DNA of 64,000 nucleotides, taken from Kudoa neothunni. Taxonomy: Eukaryota > Animalia > Cnidaria. The position numbers and the translations under genes are program-made. The first letter of the stretch is position 1, and the number at the start of each line of letters is the position of its first letter. The DNA is taken from contig OZ199839.1 of the NCBI GenBank assembly GCA_964304625.1, positions 8,852,221 through 8,916,220 on the forward strand, given 5' to 3'. This document shows positions 54,167 through 64,000 of the stretch, one piece after another. The notes beneath the pieces were generated by a model that worked only from the letters and a program-made list of their open reading frames with translations, was not told the DNA's origin and made no database searches.

Positions 54167-55957
54167 TTATTTCATTGAGAAGTAGACTGTGTTGTTAACA
54201 ACTCGTCTGGTGAATTTACATTTTTTCATGGCATCTCCCACCAATTTGACAAGAAGGTTTCTTGGTACATTAGCAGGAAGGCCATCGGTGACTTTTTGCA
54301 TGAGTTCAGCAGAGGTGATGGAGTTGCCTTTGAGTGAAGCAGTAACCAATCGATGAACCTTTTTTTCAAGGTCAAACTTCTAAGATAAGTAGATTTCAAT
54401 CTCATTGGAAAAGTGGGGAAAGTACCGATGATTTCGAATCGGAGGAAGACTGTTTATCAAGCACATTATTATTTTGTTGGGGAGCATTGGTATCAATAGA
54501 GGAGGACTTGGACAAGTTGGAATCCGACATCATCATATTTTCCAATTCAGGATTTGGATAATCACTGACACCAACACCAAGAGGTGGCAGTGCCAAATTA
54601 GAGTAGGTATTTTCAAGAGATTCAAAATCATCATCATCATCATCATCGTCGTCATCATCATTTTCACCGAAAGAATTCTCATCACCTTCATCATCACTAA
54701 TTTTGATAGCAAGATTGTTAACAATATATAGCAACACGTCAGATCTACCTATCATTCATTGGTCGTTTACGAGATTGAGTTTTTTTGGTAGCGTTGGATT
54801 TGGTGGGGTCGTCGTTGTTGTCTGAATCTTCACTGACATCATGAAACGCATCCTCGGAGTCTTCATTGTCAGCTCCATATTTGTTTTCACCGGAAAGTGC
54901 TGCATTTAGGTCATCATCAGGTATTTTATCAGGTTCTTGATCATTTTGATTGAATGCGGCGACATCGCTACCTGTTATAAATTATTGGTTATTTACTAAT
55001 GTAAAGGTGTTGTTGACAAGCAAACACAACTACCAGAAGAATCAGACATATAATCAACTTCCATAGATTCAATATAATCATTATCGTCGGACATGAATTC
55101 GTTGGTTGGTTTTGGTGTTTTTGATTTTGTCTACAGTGTCAGAAACATTAGTTGACACTGTCGATCTTGAATCGAGAAATTACCCGATGATCATCATTAT
55201 CTTGAATATCATCTTTGGAGTGTTGCTCTTTGGATGTAGATATTTGTTGGTCTCCGTTTGGGGTGAGATCATTGGGATTCATCTTCATACGAATCATTTG
55301 GCGGGTGATAGCGTCGCGTTTGTTTCTCGCGGAAAATTCCTACACGACGACGACGACAACAACAGGCGGTGGTAAATTAGAATTAACACTACAACAAATT
55401 TTCACCTGTTCCGCTTCCTCCGCATTCAACGTTCTGTAGTTGATACAAGGCTTCATTTTGTACCAATCGCTAACGGGGAAAGCATCAAAACCACCATTAT
55501 TATTACGACTAAGTAAAAAATAGGACGAGTTTGACATCACCATTTTCTCTTCGGTCCCATTAAATCTACAGCCAGTCAATAATAACATGATATTTTCTGT
55601 CAAATGACTTTTTAACGTTATTTTTAATTTTTAGTCTCGAAAGAATGCATGTTTCTTCTAGAACAGGTGCGGAATTTTTTTGTTGTTGTCTTCGATCAGA
55701 CTTCCCCTTTGTTGGCTCGTCACCCAAACTCGATTTTTTAATTTCCTTAGAAAATCGAAACTTTTTACAAGTAGAAATGCATATTAACTATATTAGTGCC
55801 TACTTCTTCGACTGATTTCAAATCTAGAGGTACTCCAGTGCTGAATTGCATCAACGAGCAGTTATTTCTAACGGATAATATACTCTAATATCAGCAACTG
55901 CGTTTATACCTACTTTCTAATGTGAATGGGGATGACAGTGTTGGTGAACGGTTGCAT
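54167..55957 (-). CDS. GTF2F1: Transcription initiation factor IIF large subunit (RAP74)
   Basis: SYFLLSRNNNGGFDAFPVSDWYKMKPCINYRTLNAEEAEQ matches RAP74 GAFEAFPVHNWY...RTLTAEEAE. Acidic middle region with EVDYMSDSS and a C-terminal winged helix ending TVYFSMK*. Multi-exon; start approximate. Confidence 0.9.
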
Positions 55958-56778
55958 CTCCAATGAATTACACAAATTCTAACCAAACGAGGACGGTGTT
56001 TGATCCACGAATCCCATCGAATATGCTCATCATGCGCTCTAGGAGTATTGTCGTCATAAGCACCGTTGATATTTTGCTTATGTGTGGTAGCGGTCGTTAG
56101 TCCACTTCTACATATCCTAATTGATCTTGAGGAACTGTCACAATCCTCCTGAAATCAATAATAATTACCTCACAGGAGGCTTATCCAGCATTTCCTTACG
56201 TTGAATTCTTATTTCTTCGTACGAAAAGTTTATTATTAAATAAAGCGCAGTGTGTCACACATTGTTACGTTAGAGTAGAAAAATGTATCATTTTAAGTTT
56301 TGAAGGAGTTAATGAATTTTGATTGAACATACGGTCAAATCTCCACAAAATCTCATATTGGATATTAGGGCTCAAAGTTGTTGATAGGGGAGATTAATTT
56401 GAGGGCGAAAACAAAACCAATATTTGGTGCTTTGAATTAGTAGGTTTTAAGCTGATAAACCACAAAATGTGCCCCATTAATATAGAGACTGCATCATTTT
56501 ATGAGAATATCATTACAAATAATTCTATAACGGTGCCGAGGCTGCTCAATTTGATTGTTGTTAAAAATTAAATTTCAACGTTGACATTACTTTTCATATG
56601 GAGTTACTCTAAGAATAGAAATGCACATATTTTTTTGACTGACAAAGTTAGTGCGGTGTTACATAAACAGCTTTAAACGATCTTTGAACGTGCAACCTTA
56701 ATCTGATCGTTACCAAACACCTGGTTACAAATTAACAAATCAACTGTGATTCCTGGTGATCTAGCAAATTGGATTATT

Positions 56779-59515
56779 ATGAATAATCCATTCGTCGACG
56801 ACACCAGCGAATTACCAACAGCAACGCTGTTTAACTCAAATTTTCAAATGGCGGAAAGTAGCAGTTTATCAGCTGCTACCAAAACAACTCGACCCAGCAT
56901 CAGTCAAGGCAGTGCTCGGTGGCGAAGAATGTATCGAAGAAATTCAGAGGCATTTAAAGTATTTTAAAAGATTCTACATTTAATATTTAATACATTGAAT
57001 GTGAAACTATTTTATTTTTGGAAAGGGGTCGATTCTCATACTTATCATTTAAATTTTAGGAAGTTAGAAGTCAATGTCAAACCAACTTTCAACTACAACG
57101 AAATGTATCTATTCTAATATAATATTGTTTTATATTTTTAAATTTGGATTGTTCATTATTCGCAGAATAAACGAAATCAACTGCTGTGTGAGAAAAGAAA
57201 CGCTGAATTGAACAATATCAAATTTGGTGAACCCAGCTCAGGCCCCTCAGACAATAATAACTATGGTGCGAATAACCGTAATGATAAGGTGTGAATAATA
57301 ATCTTTTATTGGCTCGATCAGACACACATTACCTGTAAATATAGAACAAATCTTTTCAACAACCGGCTTACCAAAGCTCTTTGCCTAACGCCAACGATAG
57401 TGCGGATGTATTGGTGTTCTGTTTCAAAGTCTCTTATTCCTCATACTTACTGTAAATGTGTATTTTTTGGGTATTAGTCAATTAAAAATTCGAAAAATGA
57501 AGATGAATTATTCCATATCCTCCAACAAATGATGTACGTGTAGATTGTGTAAATCTATGATTAATGTGAAGTTTATGTTTAGTTCTCATGGCATTCTTGA
57601 TGACGAAAATTCGTTAAATGATGAAAGGATCCTTTTAGAGTGAGATAGACGGCCGAGTTGTTTGAAATATATCGATTTAGCACAGAAATTATTGTTTTCC
57701 TGACGAAAGTTTTGGAAAATATCAACAGGTTATTTGTTCGTCTTATTATATTCCGCTTCTATTCCACATCTTTAGGAATGATATTATTCTGTATGTGTTA
57801 TGTGTGCTGAAAAAATTGATTGTGTCGTGTGATATTTTCACCAAATACATGCTCTCTTCTAGTAAAATATCTCTGATGCATATTACGCTTATCTTACTAT
57901 AGCCTTACCGAAGAAACTTATTGGGCTTCTTCACAATTCCAATATGACTATTGTTGAAGTTGTGGTTGTTGTTATTGGGAATCTAATGAGTAATTATTGT
58001 TATATAACCTGTTGACACCATGAATTGGTAATGATCTGAATATTTTTTAGTGCGAAATGTCGACTATAGAAATATGCTTATCACCAGCGAAGAAACTATA
58101 CATGTGCTAACCTCTATAAATCGCAATGAAGCTAGTGTAAATATTAGAAATGGTGTTGTGATCGGTTTGACTGATTTTTATAGCACAATCACATTAAACA
58201 AGTGCTCTGGATATGCTGCTCGTTGTGTAGTTGCAGAAAAAATCCACCCGTCTTAGAAGTTTACAAAAAGGTAATTTGTATGTCTTTGAAGAATAAATTT
58301 TTATTTTATCACGTCAGATTGTGTCTATTATTTCGTTCGCTTTGGATTACAACGTTGAAGTAATTTATTGAGATGATTATTTTTTTCTAAAAAGTTTCAG
58401 TTGGCCAGTTATGCTCTATTAGCCGTTTCTTATATGGTGGCTCTTGGTGGAACTTATTTGGATGTGATCATTTGTAAGTTGTGAGTTTCTCTTATATTTT
58501 TATAGTTGGTGATTCAACGCAATTGTATCATTCGAGCAATGGAATGGCTTCAATCAGGAGAGAAACAACTTGAGGTTGATCATTGTGTTAATTTACGACT
58601 CACTTGTGAGCCCATCCCGAATTTAAATTTAGATTCAAGCGCTTCACGTAATGGGAGAGTTGGTAGCTGACGAAGAAAAATATGTAAAGGTAACATCATT
58701 GATATAGTGAACCTGCCCTACATCTGCAATTAGTATGCCATCGATATCAGACTACTCGACGAAATTTGCTTTCGAATCGACTATGATGATTTTTACATTA
58801 TAGAGGTGGTTTTAATTTAGGGTTTGCGTTTTTATTAGAATTTTAAAGTCGTTGTTTTTTATTATCTCCAATTTGGCTGACACCAACCCACTCTACATCC
58901 AGCTGATGATTAATACTGGAATTATTGAAGCTACTTTCGACGTTATGGACAAATTTGTTGATAGAATACCAAATCTAATTTCATGGACTGTATGCAATTT
59001 TTTTACCAGAGCCCAGCCCAGACAGGTACACATTTTATTTTGTTTATTCTGATATTTAAGTGTTCGAGACTACTTATATGTATGCGTTGATTGATGTATA
59101 GGCCAAACTATTCATCAATGAAAGTTGCTTGAACAAAATCTCACAGCTTCTTACACTCGATAATGTACCGGTAAAAGTGTGCGCGTTAAACACTATTATT
59201 TCTATACTTGAAGTAATTGAATGACTTTAAACTAAAAAGTTGACTCTTTCGTCTACCCAACCATGTTAATTTAGGTAGCCAAGGGGCTTGATATCATTTC
59301 CGAGGTGGACGCACTTTTAGGTAAAACGAATATGTTGAAACTCATCGAAAACTGCCAACATCACCCAGATCATAATATTTATTTACTAAGTCGTGAAATA
59401 ATTGAAAAGTAATCATTGTCTTGTTGTGTACTTTGGATATGAATTTCTCATTTTTAGTTTCTGTTCATGGGACTCCACAGAAATGGTCCGATACGATCTC
59501 GCGATATCACAATAA
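56779..59515 (+). CDS. Divergent importin-alpha-like ARM-repeat protein
   Basis: IBB-like NKRNQLLCEKRN. ARM H3 helices EVVVVVIGNL, LLAVSYMV, LHVMGELV, FFIISNLA, ISWTVCNF. C-terminal KLIENCQHHPDHNIYLLSREIIE matches importin-alpha IEQLQNHENEDIYKLAYEII. Many short introns. Confidence 0.8.
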
Positions 59516-61340
59516 TTTTTATGTTATTTTCACTGTTTTATTTGTTGTTTACTTCTATTCTTTCGCTCATAATAATATCTATCCACATATTTATATTGAA
59601 TTAATAATTTTACGATGTAAATTAGCACAAATTCAACTGTATTCTTTTATTAATTTATGTTATTGACAAGATTAAGGTTTTTTAGTTTACTTCTTCAAAT
59701 AAACAGAATATAATAAATGGGCGGCAAATCGCAACTCATTGTTTATTTATCAGTCCATAGTTACTTCGCTGGATTATACAGATTTTATTATATACGATGT
59801 TGCGTGTTAACTTTTTATGTAGTTGAAAAATTTGCACCTTCCAAATAAAAATTAAAAATGTGATGGGAATCTACCCCAATTTTTTATTCGGCAAAATTGT
59901 CTCAAATAAAAGTTAGCATTGACTGACAAAATATGAGGAAAATTTATTGGGTAAATTTTGAACAAATGACCAATTATTAAAGTTATATTCTATATTCTAT
60001 ATGCGCATGCGCACACAGTTTTGTTGTTACGTTTCTTTGGAGCATGATTGTGTTGATAGGTGTATTTTTTAATTTTAACATTTAATTCAAGTTTAATAAC
60101 AGCCGCCAATTAATTTCTCCCATTTTAAACAACGCAATGTAATACTGCGCAGCAAAAGACAAAATGATGTCAAACAATACTTATTTCATATTAAAGTTTT
60201 CATACGCGTTTTTAAACTCTTTCTAAACACAAAAATTGTCAAATTGTTGAAAAATTATATCATGGTTTTTTGAATGCTCTCTACAACGCAGAACTAAGTC
60301 AACTGAATAAGACTCATCATGTTTTGAATAACTAGTATAAGAATAACGAGAGAATAAGGAGTTACCGATGTATTCAAGAGAGAAAAACATGCTTATATTA
60401 ATTTGGCGCGTGCGCGTTGTTATCACATGTATAGTGTTTCGTTATTTATTCATTATTTACTAGATAGATTGTCCGTAAATTTTCAAAAATGACATTTATT
60501 AATATTTTAAATAATTTTATGAATCCGTATTTAGTAATTAATTAATTAACGACTACTTTACGTAATGTATATTGAGTTACATGTAAAGTAGTATAAATAA
60601 TTTTCCTCTCCAAATATTCCATTATGGTTAAATAGCTTAAATATATATATTTTTACATGTACGAAAACTAACTTTTTCCAATATATACGTAGAAACAACA
60701 CAATCCGAATCATCGTGCACAATCGGAGGATATCGGGTCTGCAGTATTATTAGATTTTTTCCTTATTCATTCGATAGAATTATTTTATATTAAACAATAT
60801 AGGTAAATACGATTTTATAAACTTAAATAAACAATAAAAAGTGTGGTTCATCGGACACCAAAACGACTGGGTGTATAGGCGATTTTGACGTGTTTGGTGG
60901 ATTAATTGACCCAGGAATTATCCTCTTATCGTTAAAGGGTATCAACGTAATCTTGGAACCAAAATAGTTAAGAATTCACTATTTTAACCATAATTATCAC
61001 TTTATTATTCAAAATAGTAATATTTGACGTTAAATAACAAATACAAACAATTCATAGATAAAAACAGAAATGTCGATAAATATAAGGAAGACATGGTCCC
61101 AAATTTTACAAATTCTTATGTAAATAGCATTTAAAAACTAATTTAGCATCATACTTGTATTGACCATATTTAAAATAATTGTGGAAACATCAAGTTAGTT
61201 TATAGCCGCCAATAAAAGAAAATCAGGACAAAGATCATGATTATTTTTCTGATTTCTAAGTGGATATGCAGTCGCTTGTAGAAATGACACTAGTTTTAAC
61301 GGTATAACGAAACATTGGTCCAATGTGTAAATTTATTCCG

Positions 61341-63101
61341 TTAGGGATTTCGCTTAAAGCGATAAACATAATTTGTAACACCAGTACGATTCGATTGTTC
61401 TCCTTGCTGGTTACCAGTGGTGGTGGGAGCAGTAGCAGCAGGGTTGACGTTACCATTTCCATTGGACGTTTGTTGATTTTGTTGGTTGTGCATTTCTTTC
61501 GATCCGTTTGGAGGCTGTAAGAAATAAGTTAATAAAGTAATTCACTGATCAAAAATGACAGTCTGCCAATTGTCAATGGAGACCGATTCATAAACTTACT
61601 TTTAACGTAGTTGATTGAGATGAAATATTAGAGCTGTTGGCACCATTGCTGGTTGTTGCTTCTGTAGGATGATCAAAGCAAACAATGTTTTTTCCGTGTT
61701 TCTTGATAATATAATCCCAAACATTTGAATCATGGAGTTTGTAATCGATCCAAGGACTGAGAAGTGCTTCAACTGCTTGAGTCCTTTCAGAAGGGAGGTA
61801 ATGTGTGCAGGTGTCAACCAAATCTAAAAATTCCTTTCCAAATCCAGGTTTATTCAGTAGATTCTCGAATATATTCTTTTCAGGGTATAGTTTTTGTTTG
61901 GATGTGTCGGTTGGTGGTATTAGTTTATTGGGAGACGGAATTTGAGTTGGTTTTTCAAGCAACGACTTCGGCGCACTAACAACATACATTAAACCACACT
62001 ATCAACAATAACAATAGATGAATCACGATGGAATTCCATAGGAGTCGAAAAACTTTTCTGAGTATTGAGTGGTGAGAGTAAGTGAAAGCGGAGGTATACC
62101 TTTCACTTCCAAAATAGAACCTATCTGTTCGCCCTCGTCTTTTCCTTTGAAAAGCCGTTCTCCAGTGGCCAACTCATAAAGTGTGCATCCAAAACTCCAC
62201 ATATCGATGGCTTTTGACGCTCTCATCCTCAGCAGAACTTCGGGCGATCTATAGTTTAAACTTTGAAGTTCTACATTTTCAAGGTCTTCCAAAAATCTAC
62301 TATCATGAAAGCCCGCAATCTAAATTAAATCAAGTATAGATGTGGTTGATATGCGATCAGCCATATGCAATGCTCATCTTGAGGACCTACCTTGATTTTG
62401 CTTTCATCGCCAATTTCTGTCACAATTTTACCAGGTATGATGTCGCTGTGGATAACCTTTAAATCATGCATGTACATGATGGCGTGAAGAATTTGAATGG
62501 CGTAATTTTTGACTTGATCAGGAGGCAATCCATTACGATTGTTTTCCTCCTTGAGGAACGACCTAAGACTTCTTTCCCAAGGGGGGAAACTTAGACAATA
62601 CACATCCTGATACAGGAAATAGGAGACCAAAGGTATGATATTGAAACAGTTGAATGGATCATTCTCTGTGAGCAGTTTTAAAATCACAATTTCTCTGGCG
62701 GCATTTCTACGATGCGAATGCAATGGCACAAACTTGGGCACAATTTTGGTATGGTTGTATCGTTTAGTTTTGTGATCGTACGTTAGAACAATAGTGCTAT
62801 AATTGCCATCGTGAATTGGTCTCATTATCTCATAGCGAAAACCCAAGTGATCGTTGAGGAAAAACTTGATATTGCTTTTTCCGATAAACTCCCTGTATGC
62901 CGTATCGGTGCGTTGAGTCAATTTGCCCATATAATAAATCTCTTCGTACTCTTTAACTTTATTGACATCCTCACGAGTCAGCAGATGACCGTGCAATTTA
63001 AGGACTCGATTCGCTGATAATGGTGTGGAACACTCTGTGTATTGAAGCTTATACACTGAGTTGGGTTCGTAGATAGCTCTATCAGATGTTGGGCTCTCCA
63101 T
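61341..63101 (-). CDS. DYRK2/3/4-class kinase homologue, predicted pseudokinase (4 exons)
   Basis: LLTREDVNKVKEYEEIYYMG (NAPA-like), DHLGFRYEI, QSLNYRSPEV, AIDMWSFGCTLYELATGERLFKGKDEGEQIGSILEVKGIP. Introns at ~62320-62390, ~61979-62025 and ~61515-61599. Confidence 0.9.
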
Positions 63102-64000
63102 TATCTTATTGGATAACGTTGTCACAAGATCTCACTAGAATCCGCCTAAATATATCAACAACAAATGCCGAAAATATCTAATTAGTTAGCGTTATCTTAA
63201 AAAAGTTAATCTATATCTAGTTTATGATCTTATTTCCCCACAAGAAACCAATATTTGTATGCGATTCACTCAACAGAGAGTATGTGATTATAAAACTCAC
63301 CATGTTCACCAATAGGAATCAATGAATTTGGACGTAAAACTCCATCCATACAACAATAAAGTTATAAAAATGTTGTAAGATAATTAAATAAAGATCTATT
63401 AATAGATATAAACAGTTTCCATTCCTTGTGCCTAGTGACAAATGACAAATGCCAAATGCGAAAGATGAAATATTGTTTTTAGAATCTCGAACTAAACAAA
63501 TATTACTGAGTTTCATTTAGAACCTGTGTATAATACATTTTAATGTAATCTACCGATGATGTGGCAGTTTTAAATACTCTTCTAAAATTATCAGACAAAT
63601 TAAGCTATTAATAAAATGTAATGAAATATGGTTAGCGTTGTTACCGTTTAAAAAGTTTATCCTATGGGCTCCACTCTGACCAGGTTCTATAAGCCTCTCC
63701 GCAAAAAAGCTACTTACACAAAATCATATTAAAAATTAAAATAATCAACCTTGCCGAAAAGTGAACAGATTAAAAGATACGAAATATTTCCGCGAAATTT
63801 TGCTATCTATCACCCTTTGAAATTAACCAATTTAATCTAAATTATGACATATAACGTTGAATAACATTAAATGACGCTTCATTGTTGAGATATTAGTTCA
63901 AAATAACCGAGTATAAACCATGTTAATAGTAACAAGGTTGGCAGGCACCTTTGGAGGATCTACTGTTTACGAGGGCTGTTTTTGCCTTGGTGTTTAACTG

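Noticed and set aside
1-64000. CRISPR arrays, rRNA, intact tRNA or snRNA genes, prokaryotic operons
   Set aside because: None recognisable by eye; the sequence is intron-containing eukaryotic DNA.

Overview
AT-rich eukaryotic (metazoan) genomic DNA with mostly short GT-AG introns (about 40-85 nt) and many decayed DNA transposons (MULE, Tigger/pogo, piggyBac, hAT, MITEs). Hand-splicing recovers 11 host genes, several of which the ORF track shows only as fragments: a MINPP1-like histidine phosphatase, two tandem globins, an animal-type UPRT, BMS1, a probable INTS10, an SRSF7-like SR protein, an RRM plus 6xCCHC protein, TFIIF-alpha (GTF2F1), a divergent importin-alpha and a DYRK-family kinase. 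The most notable result is the globin pair. Both genes have introns at the ancestral B12.2 and G7.0 positions. One keeps PheCD1/HisE7/HisF8 but has two 1-nt deletions. The other is an intact 150-aa ORF that has lost the proximal His (F8=Leu), the distal His (E7=Lys) and PheCD1. Similar loss of functional residues with the fold retained is seen in the MINPP1, UPRT, DYRK and importin-alpha homologues. Compact introns, low GC and strong divergence suggest a reduced parasite such as a myxozoan (inference only). All family assignments come from manual comparison with remembered motifs; no searches were run.
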